Shown: positions 29,329 to 40,269, counted from the stretch's first letter. The stretch: DNA of 64,000 nucleotides from Planctomycetota bacterium (GCA_047638675.1 JBLIML010000001.1:13822-77821), one strand, 5' to 3'. The notes: generated by a model not told the origin, from the sequence alone. Numbers and translations: made by a program.

Positions 29329-30867
29329 TCACGAATACAATTTGAGTCGTCGCCCGAATTTGCCTAATGCGATTCTGTCTCGTCTTGGTAGTGCAAAACG
29401 TATGCTTAGCCAGATAACCGACAAATAGACTATGAATATCACGGCACCCTGAAAATAAATGTGTGTTCCAGAAGTTACAATTTCTGCAATAAAAATCGCC
29501 AGACATGCAATTGATACTGAACCAAGTATTCTTAATATACTACCATCAAGTGCATGCAGTTTTTCTCGCCTGGATAATTGTAAAACAGACAATGCTGCTT
29601 TCGTAAGTTGGCCGGCTGCAACAGCGAAAGCTACGCCCAAAGTTTCATACTGAGGAAAGGCAACAAACAATACGATGGTCGCAACGATAAATCCAATTGC
29701 ACTATTTATTAAGGGTAACCCACGATGACTGATCACCTGCTGAATAGCCGATGCCGGACCAATACCTGCTTCTATGCCCTTGGCAGCTGTTAAAATAACA
29801 AGAATGGGCCATGCAGCCGCTGCACCGGTAACAAACAGTGCCAGAAGAGAATCGGCGGCAATGATTATGGCGACAGCAGTAGGCATTGCTAGTAGTAAGG
29901 AGATACGAATTGAAAAAGTGTAAAGCGCCTGCATAGCTTCATGGTCACTGTTCGTATTTGAGGCTGCGATCGGTGACAAAACATGAGAAAAAACACTGCG
30001 TACCAGCTGCGGAATACTTGCCAGTTTACGCGCAATGCTATACAAACCTGCGGCGTTGGCACCAGCTGCGCCGGGTATACAAAAATTAATAATGACAGCG
30101 GGCAAATCAACAAACATCCGCCCCAGTACATTCGAGGGCAATACGGATAAACCAGAAAGAAAAAGATCGTGATTTACAGAGCGGGAAAGCTTTGATTTCC
30201 AAATTAACTTCAGGTTGCAATAATTATTCAGCACACGCAATGCCAATATTGCAGTAACTAAAAGTGAGCCTAGATGGGCGATGAACAAGGCAAGGGTATC
30301 CACACCAACCAGCCACAAAACGACTGCTAACACTAGACGTAATAACTGTTCCCATAGAAGACGTAGTCTGATCTCCGGTCCAAAGGCGTGACAGGCGCGC
30401 AATGCTGACGTAGCAATTTCTACCGTTGCCCACAAGGGTAGAGCCCAGACAAAAAGGCTGATCGCCAGCTCAAGCTGTACCAAATCCTTCTCGGCGACAT
30501 TAAATAAGGGGGCGATTGACGCTGAAGACCAGGACAGAATACCGGCAAGTATTAGACAAGGTGTTACACCCAGAACAAACGCGCCTTTAATGATAACAGC
30601 GCGAGCCTCAGCTTCATTTACTTTAGGTAACACGCGTTGCAATGCTGCTGTCATTGCCAGATCCGCGATATTTTCCAATAAATTAATCAAAGACCAGAGA
30701 ACGGTATATAGACCATAGGTTGCCAGCCCAAACATCCAGGTATAAGCAGGTAGTGTAACGATTTCGATGATTGAGCCAAACTTGGCCAGAAACACGGAAC
30801 CGGCACCGCGAGCAACATCCCGACGGGCATCGAACTCGCTATTATTATGATCCTTACTTTTACTCAC
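29329..30867 (-). CDS. MOP-superfamily polysaccharide/oligosaccharide flippase (Wzx-like).
   Basis: 512 aa, about 14 TM helices. Polysaccharide-biosynthesis-protein topology. Located in the glycan locus. Confidence 0.7.
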   Translation of the reverse strand: MSKSKDHNNSEFDARRDVARGAGSVFLAKFGSIIEIVTLPAYTWMFGLATYGLYTVLWSLINLLENIADLAMTAALQRVLPKVNEAEARAVIIKGAFVLGVTPCLILAGILSWSSASIAPLFNVAEKDLVQLELAISLFVWALPLWATVEIATSALRACHAFGPEIRLRLLWEQLLRLVLAVVLWLVGVDTLALFIAHLGSLLVTAILALRVLNNYCNLKLIWKSKLSRSVNHDLFLSGLSVLPSNVLGRMFVDLPAVIINFCIPGAAGANAAGLYSIARKLASIPQLVRSVFSHVLSPIAASNTNSDHEAMQALYTFSIRISLLLAMPTAVAIIIAADSLLALFVTGAAAAWPILVILTAAKGIEAGIGPASAIQQVISHRGLPLINSAIGFIVATIVLFVAFPQYETLGVAFAVAAGQLTKAALSVLQLSRREKLHALDGSILRILGSVSIACLAIFIAEIVTSGTHIYFQGAVIFIVYLSVIWLSIRFALPRRDRIALGKFGRRLKLYS

Positions 30868-31132
30868 AACATTTATCTTCTATCAATATCGAGTCAGCAC
30901 GAAAAACCCTACCTGCTACGAATGTGCTCTGATGAGATGATGAATTTTTGATGATCATGGCAAGATTGATATTGTTCTGCAAAATCGGGCAATAAATGAC
31001 AAGTATATACTTGAAATGTGAATAATATAAATCAATGGACTGGATCTATGACTCATTCATAGTCATATGCAAGGTCATAAAACCTTTCGGCATTTTTCAG
31101 GTTTTTTCTCCGTTAAATCACCACTAAGCTAA

Positions 31133-31342
31133 CTAGAAAGGAATATCCACACTTCCACCAATTGTTAACGGCGTACCTGGGTGGAGGTGCAACAAACCTA
31201 CTTGCGAAGGGGCAAGGTAATTGTTATCAAAAATATTAGTTAAATTCAAACCCAAGCCGATCCGTGGCATGAGCTGATATTTGGCAAACAAATCACCCAG
31301 CCAGTAGCCGGAGATGCTTGCTCTCAGTTCATCAGGTTCCAA
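31133..31342 (-). pseudogene. Possible 3' remnant of an outer-membrane beta-barrel (TonB-dependent-receptor-like) gene.
   Basis: The 69-aa ORF ends in a C-terminal aromatic (...GGSVDIPF) after alternating-hydrophobic beta-strand-like sequence. There is no upstream body. Confidence 0.25.
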
Positions 31343-31790
31343 GCTTACCTTCTGCCTGCTTTTGTATCTAACACTCTAATTGTGGTGCTTTGGTGACTAT
31401 GTTTATTGTGCATTTCTTATCGCGATAGACGAAGCTTTACACTACAGACCCTCACAAAGGCCGATATCAATTAGTGCCTGGCTGGATTTATTAAATGGGA
31501 GTAATTCCACTTTTACTTTTTACATTAGTCCCGATGTAACGAACACCCCATCAAGTGATGAAGTCATTTTCGTCCTCCGCTAACAAGCCAGCGATCCGAA
31601 GAAATAACTCTTAACTCAGCTTAATTATGTTCATTTGACTCTCTATTGCTTCTACATCCTCTATTGCCATATTATGGGATGCAGTAGATTTAAGGTTGTC
31701 CTATACACTCTCCTATGTATTCCACTTGCTCCCAAATTCCTGTGTACTCATGTAGAATTATATCAATATCTACTTTCCATACCTGATTTC

Positions 31791-32591
31791 ATGAAGTCCA
31801 CTTTTATTTATCACAGCCTGCGTCGGGATATATCCAATTTTTCTCTGATAAAAAGACGCAACTTTGACGGCTTTTTGATCAGTATGCACCAGTCCGGAAC
31901 CCACTGGCTTAAACACATGCTGGCTACTGCGCTGACACACAAACTTGATCTACCGCCACCTCAATACATCCATGCCAATGATGTAATTCCGGGCCCCAAA
32001 GGCCCCCCAGTTAACAAAATCCTTCCTCGTATTGTGAGTTCCCATTCCATCCCTCACGCCCTGCTCGGAAGCCGACTATTTCGCCGCCTTGTAAAACTGC
32101 CTCCCTACGTTGTGCTAGTAAGAGACATTCGAGCAACTTTGGTATCGACTTATGAAAAATGGAAAGAACATTACAATTGCGACTTCCCGGTCTTTTTGCG
32201 TGGCGATGTGAGCGGTCATCGTTTTCATAACGATATCTGGTGGTGCCTTCGTTTTTGCAATAGCTGGGGTGATCTGCAACAACGTTTTCCCGAATCGACG
32301 CTCATAGTGAAGTATGAAGAACTGAAATCCAGCCCACTAAGTCAGTTACAGCGTATCGTTGAGTATTGGCAGCTTGAATTAGATGAGTCACACTTGCTTT
32401 ATGCCATTAACGAATCAAGTAAAGAAAAAATGGCTCGAAAAAAAGATCCTGAAGATCCGTTCAATGTCACCGTCATCCGCAACGACAAGCAATCTTTTCT
32501 GGACTGGTATGATAAGGCACAGACTGAATATGTTATTCAAGTCTGCAACGACTTTCTAAAGTACGACTTTGGCTACGACTACAAAAATTGA
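31791..32591 (+). CDS. Sulfotransferase-family protein.
   Basis: 5'-PSB-like motif HQSGTHWLKHML and a later 3'-PB-like region. The start is placed at the internal Met (MKSTF...), because the first 150 nt of the longer ORF are AT-rich and look non-coding. Confidence 0.6.
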   Translation: MKSTFIYHSLRRDISNFSLIKRRNFDGFLISMHQSGTHWLKHMLATALTHKLDLPPPQYIHANDVIPGPKGPPVNKILPRIVSSHSIPHALLGSRLFRRLVKLPPYVVLVRDIRATLVSTYEKWKEHYNCDFPVFLRGDVSGHRFHNDIWWCLRFCNSWGDLQQRFPESTLIVKYEELKSSPLSQLQRIVEYWQLELDESHLLYAINESSKEKMARKKDPEDPFNVTVIRNDKQSFLDWYDKAQTEYVIQVCNDFLKYDFGYDYKN

Positions 32592-32631
32592 ACACACAGA
32601 TATATCGTTTTTTAAATATGAATTGTCAATA

Positions 32632-33030
32632 ATGAAAGATGACAAACAAGCCGTGCTTAACGCAAATGACGAGTTCTATAGTACTTTTTCGAACAACGAC
32701 TTTGTAAGCATGGAGGAACTATGGTCAGTCAATGACAACATAAGCGTTATTCATCCAGGCTGGCCGCCCTTAACAGGGCATCACTCAGTAATATCCAGTT
32801 GGAAGCGGATTATGGATGGAGGCAATTCGCCAAATATCACTTGCATTAACGCCAACGTTAATTTGTCAGGTGATATCGCGATAGTAATATGTACAGAATT
32901 ACTAGCTGGTGCGAAACTGGTAGCTACCAATATTTTTGCTCTGGAACAAGGCAGTTGGAAGCTTATTCATCATCAGGCAGGCCTGCTGCATCAATCAAAT
33001 AACAATAAAGAAGGCGATACACTACATTAA
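32632..33030 (+). CDS. SnoaL-like/NTF2-like (DUF4440-type) small protein.
   Basis: About 130 aa with the NTF2-like fold pattern (DEFYSTFSNNDFVSMEELWS...VIHPGW). Start taken at MKDDKQ. Confidence 0.55.
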   Translation: MKDDKQAVLNANDEFYSTFSNNDFVSMEELWSVNDNISVIHPGWPPLTGHHSVISSWKRIMDGGNSPNITCINANVNLSGDIAIVICTELLAGAKLVATNIFALEQGSWKLIHHQAGLLHQSNNNKEGDTLH

Positions 33031-33117
33031 TCTAGCTCGACTTATTATCGTATGTTATAAATACCTTACTGTTTTTTTGTTACATAAATCAGGACAAAGA
33101 ATCTATAGGCTAGTCAC

Positions 33118-33786
33118 ATGCAACAAAAACAATTAATTCGTTCGCAGGTTGAGATTTTGTACTCTCAATCAGCCGTCACATTTTTGTTCCCGGTTTTCGT
33201 TTCCATTATCCTGGCCTTCGTTTTGTGGAAGATCGCTAATCGCCCTGTTTTATTGGGCTGGGTAACCTCAGTTTGTATTTACGCTGTAGCCCGCTTTGTC
33301 TTGCTGTGGAAATACACAAACACTGAAATAACACCGGATAATGCTTCCAAATGGCATGATGCTTTTATTGCGACAGCCTGTCTGTCTGGCATTATGTGGG
33401 GACTCGCTGCAATCATTTTGATCCCCCATGACGGCAAAAATATCGTCGAATTCACACTTTATACCGGCATCACTTTATTATCTGTTTCGGGTCTGGTTGC
33501 CGGCGCTACGATTTCATATGCAGTGAGTTTGAAAGTATTGTTTTTTTATATACTGCCAGCGTTATTACCACCTGCTCTTTACTTGATCTCATTGGGGGAT
33601 ATTTATAGCAGTACGTTGGGTGGGTTTATATTGCTTTACTGTTTTTTTATTTCAAGCGCAGGATACAGAATGAATGGCCAACTGCTTGGTTATATACAAA
33701 AACAGAGTGAGTTGGAAAAACTCAAATGGCACTACCAAAAACTAAAGTTAATGTACGAAAAAATCTCCACGCGCGATATACCCTGA
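33118..33786 (+). CDS. Polytopic membrane protein resembling an N-terminal membrane sensor module (6-7 TM) with no output domain.
   Basis: 222 aa with hydrophobic helices throughout. It ends in a short coiled-coil-like tail. No catalytic motif. Confidence 0.4.
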   Translation: MQQKQLIRSQVEILYSQSAVTFLFPVFVSIILAFVLWKIANRPVLLGWVTSVCIYAVARFVLLWKYTNTEITPDNASKWHDAFIATACLSGIMWGLAAIILIPHDGKNIVEFTLYTGITLLSVSGLVAGATISYAVSLKVLFFYILPALLPPALYLISLGDIYSSTLGGFILLYCFFISSAGYRMNGQLLGYIQKQSELEKLKWHYQKLKLMYEKISTRDIP

Positions 33787-33847
33787 TGAGGGTAGCATCG
33801 CCCTGGCCAGATTGATTAATAAAGCATATGTCCCACTTGTAGATAGG

Positions 33848-34189
33848 TTAGTCACCTATCTTTTTATTCAAATGCGGCACCGACTCCATATCACCTTTAT
33901 TCATGTAACGTTTCTCACTGCCGGTAGCGGTGACATTTTCGTAAACACCATCGTCGCGTTTCACCAGTTTAGTAAAGCCCATATTTTTTAACTCACTATT
34001 AAATGTCGAGCTGGCAATTCCAGGCGGACGCGTAAATATACGTGATATCGAGGCCAGTGGATCTGTATCTTCAAGTGGTATCTGGGCAACAAAGCACAGC
34101 TCGCCCCATGTAAGCAGTTTCACAGCCATAGGATGGACAACTTCAACTGTACAACCGTTGTCTTCGCAATGATATTCGTAAACAGGCAT
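33848..34189 (-). CDS. FmdB-family zinc-ribbon protein.
   Basis: N-terminal MPVYEYHCEDNGC...C zinc-ribbon signature typical of the FmdB putative regulatory family. Confidence 0.6.
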   Translation of the reverse strand: MPVYEYHCEDNGCTVEVVHPMAVKLLTWGELCFVAQIPLEDTDPLASISRIFTRPPGIASSTFNSELKNMGFTKLVKRDDGVYENVTATGSEKRYMNKGDMESVPHLNKKIGD

Positions 34190-34207
34190 AACTGACTGGA
34201 ACTTCCG

Positions 34208-34846
34208 TTAAATTGTAGGTGAGTTGTCTGCCAGGAGGGCCGTCAAATTTTCTCGGGTGTGAGCATGAAACACAGAATTTCCATTTTCATCATAGTAATC
34301 ACTTGTTAGTTTGAGTTCCTCTCGCAGAAAAAGTTCGAGATTCTCCTTTACGCCAAGCTTCCAGTCTTCCCATGCTACTTTTTCTCCATGCATCATCTCG
34401 TGCTCTTCCATTAATCTGATAGCATTCAACTTAAACACTTTATATTCGGCCGTCAGACCCGACAAGTCGGAGGCTCTTACCGCTTTGTCCTCGTTTGAAT
34501 AACATTGAGCATCGACATGAGTGGCCAAAATAGCCGCATGAACTTTGCTGATTGTGTCTTCATCGACACCATAATCGCGCAAGGCCTGTCCTGAGAGTTC
34601 AGCGGAATACGCTTCCTTGGTGTCAAAACCTTTCGCCAGATGATCCTCGTGGTAACCGGCATCATGAAAAATCAAAGCATAGTAAACAACTTTCTCATCG
34701 AGAAGCACACTTTCGTGCTTGCACTTTTCAATGATCCCTTCAGAGAAACGCGTAACCGTAATAGCATGACCAAAATTATGGTATGGCATTTTCGGCTCAT
34801 ACAACTCCGAAGCTGTTTTCTCGATCGTTTTGTCGTGCATGACCAT
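34208..34846 (-). CDS. HD-domain phosphohydrolase.
   Basis: 212 aa. H...HD...D metal-binding pattern (FGHAITV...FHDAGYHEDH). Confidence 0.7.
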   Translation of the reverse strand: MVMHDKTIEKTASELYEPKMPYHNFGHAITVTRFSEGIIEKCKHESVLLDEKVVYYALIFHDAGYHEDHLAKGFDTKEAYSAELSGQALRDYGVDEDTISKVHAAILATHVDAQCYSNEDKAVRASDLSGLTAEYKVFKLNAIRLMEEHEMMHGEKVAWEDWKLGVKENLELFLREELKLTSDYYDENGNSVFHAHTRENLTALLADNSPTI

Positions 34847-34995
34847 ATGATAAATCTATACTATTGGCTTACTTTCCGTTGCTAAGTTCATAAGAATACT
34901 CATTATTATATGCCGTTACCATGTCATTTTAGAAGAGAATACTTTGTCAATTACACAAAATTGATGACATTTTTTCTCGTTTTGCAGCCAATTCG

Positions 34996-35991
34996 TCAAA
35001 AAACCTGTACTGCAGTCGATTTGAAGCTCAACCAGACAGTTTCGCCGATGTTAATATTAAGTTCATTCAGTGCCGATTGCGTAATGCTAACGTGCCAGGA
35101 CTCCATAGCATCCACAATCACGTGTATTTCGCCATTGGCTTCCTGCATGGACGTAATTCTCCCCTGAAAATGATTGCGCATGCTGGATTTGAGCACATCT
35201 TTGGATAAAACCAGATGGGAGGAATCTATCGCTATTTGTGTGCCGGTCTTGATGGTCGAGGCAAGTTGAATCTGTAACTTCCCGGTATCAAAAACACCCC
35301 TGTTGGCATCGACCCGCCCATTAAAGGTATTCATTTGCAATCGTTGCCTGATCTTTCCTTTTTCAAGGCTACAAACGTACTCAGCCAGCTTATGTGCCTG
35401 TATCTGATCGTGGGTACTGAAAATCACCGTTTGAGAACCCGATTCTCCTAAACCATGTAATAGAAATTCGATATCTATTCGGGACTGCCTATCCAGATGA
35501 CTAAAAGGTTCATCCAATATTAATACTGGCGGGTTCAGCACCAGGGCTCTGGCGATGGCCACTTTCTGAACTTCACCGCCGGATAACTCATGCGCCCTTT
35601 TCGACAATAAATCTTGCAGATTTAGTTTCAGCGCCTGAGCTTCAGCACGTTCACGCCGAGACTGTTTTCCCATGCCTCTTAGTTTCAGGCCCAATTCAAT
35701 ATTCTGTAACACCGTAAAATTAAACAGATAAGGCTTTTGTTGGACATAAGCAGTATGCCTCCTCAGGGCCTGGGTATTTCCTTCGATTACCAGCTCATTG
35801 GAATAACTTAGCTCTCCCCGAGACGGTAAGGTAATAAAAGCCAGTAAATTGAGGAGAGTACTTTTGCCGGAACCATTCGAGCCCACCAGCGCATTAATGG
35901 CATTTTGTTCGATGGAATACTCATCTATACGCAAGACCACTTCATCGCCATAGGCGTATTCAATGTTACGGAGGCGGTAGAGCTGGCTCAT
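34996..35991 (-). CDS. ABC transporter ATP-binding protein with a C-terminal TOBE/MOP domain (ModC/TupC/CysA-like).
   Basis: 331 aa. Walker A GSNGSGKST, signature LSGGEVQKVAIARA, Walker B LILDEP, and a C-terminal TOBE-like domain. Confidence 0.8.
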   Translation of the reverse strand: MSQLYRLRNIEYAYGDEVVLRIDEYSIEQNAINALVGSNGSGKSTLLNLLAFITLPSRGELSYSNELVIEGNTQALRRHTAYVQQKPYLFNFTVLQNIELGLKLRGMGKQSRRERAEAQALKLNLQDLLSKRAHELSGGEVQKVAIARALVLNPPVLILDEPFSHLDRQSRIDIEFLLHGLGESGSQTVIFSTHDQIQAHKLAEYVCSLEKGKIRQRLQMNTFNGRVDANRGVFDTGKLQIQLASTIKTGTQIAIDSSHLVLSKDVLKSSMRNHFQGRITSMQEANGEIHVIVDAMESWHVSITQSALNELNINIGETVWLSFKSTAVQVF

Positions 35992-36680
35992 TTGTTTAAA
36001 TATTGGAAGCGTTGTAATAAGCCATTAATGACGAAAGCCACCAGCAGTAACAAGATACCCAAAGCCAAAGCAAATTCAAACTCACCTTTGCTGGTTTCCA
36101 GAGCAATAGCCGTGGTCATGGTACGAGTGAAGCCTTCGATATTTCCACCCAGCATCATGGCAATGCCCACTTCTCCAATGGCTCTACCAAAACCCATAAC
36201 GACAGCTGCCATGATCAAGAAGCGAACTTCGTTTAAAAATAATAAACCCTGCTGGATGGTGTTAGCGCCCAGTCCTCGGCAGGTCATTAACAATCTAGGA
36301 TCGGCACTGAGGGCGGCACTTATGCTCAGACTCCAGATAACAGGGATAATCAACACACATTGGCCGATTATCATGGCAGTGGGTGTATAAAGCAGCCCCA
36401 ACTCGCCCATGGGTCCCTGCCTGCTCAATATGCCGTAGAGCAAAAGTCCGACGACGACTGTGGGCAAAGCAACAAGCGTATTTAGCGTTTGTAACAGCAA
36501 GGGTTTTCCAGGAAAGGTACTTAGAGCGACCAGGAGCCCCATGGGTACGCTGAACAAGGAAGCCAGAATGACGGCAATAAGAGATATCCGAATTGAAGTC
36601 CACACGACGACGAATACACTTGAGTCGAAGTCAAAAATGAGTATTAAAGCGGATGCAAGCGAGCCCAGTAAAAATTCCAT
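35988..36680 (-). CDS. ABC transporter permease (ModB/TupB-like, molybdate/tungstate/sulfate-type).
   Basis: 230 aa, 5-6 TM. An EAA-like loop (GANTIQQGLLFLNEVRFLIMAAVVMGFGRAIGE). It overlaps the ATPase gene by 4 nt. Confidence 0.8.
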   Translation of the reverse strand: MEFLLGSLASALILIFDFDSSVFVVVWTSIRISLIAVILASLFSVPMGLLVALSTFPGKPLLLQTLNTLVALPTVVVGLLLYGILSRQGPMGELGLLYTPTAMIIGQCVLIIPVIWSLSISAALSADPRLLMTCRGLGANTIQQGLLFLNEVRFLIMAAVVMGFGRAIGEVGIAMMLGGNIEGFTRTMTTAIALETSKGEFEFALALGILLLLVAFVINGLLQRFQYLNK

Positions 36681-36798
36681 TGTTTATATTACTCCTGCAT
36701 TCGATTTAAATCCGTGCCCAATGCCAATCGAGTCATCAGCTTGCTTGACTTGGCCATAGCAGCAACTAATATGCAGGTATATTCCTCGGGTCAATACG

Positions 36799-37254
36799 AT
36801 GAAAATTGAGTTTGAAAAAAACATAAATGGTTTTCAGGAAGCACGAAAGCTAAAAATGATATTGGAGCATTATGCCCATTCAGACGCGACTGATAAACCT
36901 ACCTTATTGCAAATTGAGTCCATTATTGAGCAGATTGAAAATTTTATTTCCGATCCGGAATTCAATTCGCTCGCCAAAGATATCCGTGTTGACGATGCCG
37001 CCTACCGTTCGCTGGAAGGATCCCCTACTTTATTAAGACGTCTAATCGCCAGTGTACGTGCAATTGTCGGCCCCTCAAAAAAGGAAATGCTACTAAGTAA
37101 ACAGCGCCAGGAGCTGCTGGAAAGGGCCGAAAGGGCTGAATCCATGGCTTTTGATGCACTGGCAGAGACGGCTGAGATCGGTCGAGAACGCGATGGCCTG
37201 GAACGCAGATTGAAGCAGCAGAAAGAGGGTGCAGACTCTAAAAAGGAAAATTAA
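36799..37254 (+). CDS. Hypothetical coiled-coil protein.
   Basis: 151 aa. Charged heptad-rich sequence with no enzymatic motif. Confidence 0.4.
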   Translation: MKIEFEKNINGFQEARKLKMILEHYAHSDATDKPTLLQIESIIEQIENFISDPEFNSLAKDIRVDDAAYRSLEGSPTLLRRLIASVRAIVGPSKKEMLLSKQRQELLERAERAESMAFDALAETAEIGRERDGLERRLKQQKEGADSKKEN

Positions 37255-37330
37255 GTTCTGCTGTGACTCATAATGGGCACTACGACGCTAAGACCCATCC
37301 GACAATTTTCCTGGTGTTCCAATTATCGTA

Positions 37331-38806
37331 TTAAGGAAAACTGAAATAACGTTCCAGTAAATCAGCATCATCAAAGTGGCGTCGACCAATAAAGGCCGTT
37401 GCATGATGTCCCCACTGCCGCATTGCACCGGCATCTTCCACACCCATAGGCCATAACAACCAACGCTCCTTACGACTGCTGCCAGGAACAATGCCAGTTG
37501 CACCAAACATACTTTTATACTTTCCGTTTTTCATCGCTATGGAACGTAATTGATTATAATCCGCAAAGCGATAGACTCGATGTTCTATGCTCAGATCTTT
37601 GGCCAGTACGGATTCAATATAATGAGATCCGGCGGCTATGCGCAAATGCACCCGCTGACCCACCTCTCGTACTGGCCCTCGTTTAGGCACCAACAAAGGT
37701 TCTTCCCTGTCACTAAGTGGCAATTCACGCATGACAGTGCTGCCAGCGGGGAAGAACATATGGTAACAACCGCAATTGTGCATAGCGTCGTACATCAGCA
37801 CTTTGCCATCCCTGCCAACAGTTACCCGCCAGGTAATGCCATCTAAACGACCGGAGAGGATGTCCGCAACTGAGGTCGCCGTTCGAGCGGGAAACCAGAT
37901 AATATAATTAAACTGCGGCAATATTTGACCCTTTACTTTCATATAGGAAAGATATTGATAAACCACGCCATCGCTTGTGTTAATTTTTAATTGTTCGTCA
38001 GCTGACCAGTAAGGCGAGCCGATTTTGTCATCATCGCTGACTTCATCCACCTCCCATACCGGGGCGAAATGTCTGAACAATCTATTTTCGTCGTACACGT
38101 TGAATGAAGGCAGAGATAGGACATTGCTGCTGCTTGTTCGCAGCAATTTTGCAATTTCATCTTCACTAATCTCAAGAGGTTTTTCTGGCGCATAGCGGAG
38201 AAGAGTGCCTTTGACGGCAAGGTCCTTTTCCGCAATTGAAAACGTCTGCTTTATCTTTTTCTGTAATTTGCCTACGCCTCTTTTTACGAACAAACTGGAA
38301 ATTGGGTATATACCAAATATGCGGTTTCCTTTCAGATAACTGTCCGCCACTACGGCGGCCTCTCTAATTTTTTCAATTTGCTCGGGATCTTGAAGGTCCT
38401 CCTGCATCATTAATTCAGCACACTTATCCAGTGCCTCTATTGAAGCAAAATCTAAGGCATTGGCATTTTGCAGCTCGATCTGACGAGCCTGTTGATCCCG
38501 TTTCGCCATCGCTTCCATCCATGCTTTGAGTTTATGTTTTTCCTTAAGCTCTCCACTTAATGATGCCAAAAAGCGATTGCTGCGCAGATGGGGAAAACCC
38601 GTCAGGCGAGCAAATTGCGCATCGATTGCGGAGGTTTTAATAGTCAATTCATCGGCTTTGGCATATAAACTCGCGCACTCCGCGAGGCGGCCCTGTGAAT
38701 GCAGATAAGCGGATTTCAGATCAGATATGCGCTTTGGCTGTATGCTACAGGCGCATAGCATCATCATGGCGAATGCTGGAAGAACTCGACGGAGCGACAT
38801 AGGCAT
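37331..38806 (-). CDS. Hypothetical lipoprotein (491 aa).
   Basis: Signal peptide with lipobox LCAC. The N-terminal half is alpha-helical and the C-terminal half is beta-rich. Divergent from miaB. Confidence 0.5.
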   Translation of the reverse strand: MPMSLRRVLPAFAMMMLCACSIQPKRISDLKSAYLHSQGRLAECASLYAKADELTIKTSAIDAQFARLTGFPHLRSNRFLASLSGELKEKHKLKAWMEAMAKRDQQARQIELQNANALDFASIEALDKCAELMMQEDLQDPEQIEKIREAAVVADSYLKGNRIFGIYPISSLFVKRGVGKLQKKIKQTFSIAEKDLAVKGTLLRYAPEKPLEISEDEIAKLLRTSSSNVLSLPSFNVYDENRLFRHFAPVWEVDEVSDDDKIGSPYWSADEQLKINTSDGVVYQYLSYMKVKGQILPQFNYIIWFPARTATSVADILSGRLDGITWRVTVGRDGKVLMYDAMHNCGCYHMFFPAGSTVMRELPLSDREEPLLVPKRGPVREVGQRVHLRIAAGSHYIESVLAKDLSIEHRVYRFADYNQLRSIAMKNGKYKSMFGATGIVPGSSRKERWLLWPMGVEDAGAMRQWGHHATAFIGRRHFDDADLLERYFSFP

Positions 38807-38895
38807 CGTATTTTCGGTAGTTTTCCGCTAAAAGTGGCTGGAAAAGCTGAATAATACAGTGTAATTTACCCATCCCTTTGAAAACAGTAATATTT

Positions 38896-40266
38896 ATGGG
38901 CAAGAAGCTCTACATCAAATCATTTGGCTGTCAGATGAATGATTACGATTCCGCAAAGATGCGCGATATCCTTGCCGCATCCCACGATACAACAACGACT
39001 GACGATCCGAGTTCAGCAGATATTATTCTGGTAAATACCTGCTCGATTCGTGAAAAAGCAGAGGAAAAGCTATTCTCCGACCTTGGGCGTTGGCGAAAGC
39101 TCAAAGTTGAGAACCCTGATTTAATTATCGGTGTTGGTGGTTGTGTCGCAAGTCAGGAGGGTTCTGCAATCCGTGAGCGTGCACCTTACGTCGATATGGT
39201 ATTCGGTCCACAAACCCTGCATCGATTACCCGAGATGCTCGATAGCGTTCGTGAGCATGGTCAACCGGTGGTAGACATCTCTTTTCCCGAGATAGAAAAA
39301 TTTGATCGCATGCCGGAACCCCGTGCCGAAGGACCCAGTGCATTTGTATCGATCATGGAAGGATGTAGCAAATATTGCACATTTTGTGTCGTGCCCTATA
39401 CCCGCGGCGAAGAGATCAGTAGACCGTTGGATGATGTCATCACCGAGGTAGTAGCGCTGGCTGAACAGGGTGTCAGGGAAGTGACTCTGCTGGGGCAAAA
39501 TGTTAATGCTTATCGGGGTGACACGCACGAAGGTGATATTGCAGATTTCGCCAGCTTGATTGAATATGTCGCCGCCATTGAAGGAATCGAGCGTCTTCGA
39601 TACACAACCTCGCACCCGGTAGAGTTTAGCGAAAGATTAATCCAGACTTATGCGCATGTTCCGGAACTGGTGAATCATTTACACCTGCCCGTGCAAAGCG
39701 GCTCAGATCGCATATTGGCGATGATGAAACGTGGCCACACTGTTCTGGAATATAAAGCCAAACTTCGCAAGCTGAGAAAGATTCGACCGAATATCAGCAT
39801 ATCTTCAGACTTTATAGTGGGTTTTCCCGGCGAGTCGGATAAAGATTTTGAGGCTACCATGAATCTCATTAACGACATTGGTTTTGATCAATCATTCAGC
39901 TTTATATATAGCAAGCGCCCTGGCACGCCGGCGGCGAACATGGCGGATGACACTCCGGATGAGGTAAAAAAACAGCGCCTGCAAATATTACAAGCCCGCA
40001 TTAATCAGTTTTCCACGGATATCAGTGCAAGTATGCTCGGCACACAGCAGCGTATTTTGCTTGAAGGACCTTCTCGCAAAGACCCCGCCGAACTTTGCGG
40101 TCGTACTGAAAATAATCGTGTAGTGAATCTCGCAGGTGATCTGGAATTAATTGGTCAGTTCGCTGAAGTCCGAATCACAAAAGCTTTGCCCAATTCGCTA
40201 CGCGGTGAACTGATTGCCCGCCACCTCGGCGCTCCAACACTCATTGACCAACGTATTGCTGTCTAA
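38896..40266 (+). CDS. miaB: tRNA-2-methylthio-N6-dimethylallyladenosine synthase.
   Basis: [16 protein letters not shown]-terminus, a radical-SAM CxxxCxxC (CSKYCTFC), and a TRAM C-terminus. Confidence 0.9.
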   Translation: MGKKLYIKSFGCQMNDYDSAKMRDILAASHDTTTTDDPSSADIILVNTCSIREKAEEKLFSDLGRWRKLKVENPDLIIGVGGCVASQEGSAIRERAPYVDMVFGPQTLHRLPEMLDSVREHGQPVVDISFPEIEKFDRMPEPRAEGPSAFVSIMEGCSKYCTFCVVPYTRGEEISRPLDDVITEVVALAEQGVREVTLLGQNVNAYRGDTHEGDIADFASLIEYVAAIEGIERLRYTTSHPVEFSERLIQTYAHVPELVNHLHLPVQSGSDRILAMMKRGHTVLEYKAKLRKLRKIRPNISISSDFIVGFPGESDKDFEATMNLINDIGFDQSFSFIYSKRPGTPAANMADDTPDEVKKQRLQILQARINQFSTDISASMLGTQQRILLEGPSRKDPAELCGRTENNRVVNLAGDLELIGQFAEVRITKALPNSLRGELIARHLGAPTLIDQRIAV

Positions 40267-40269
40267 TTC

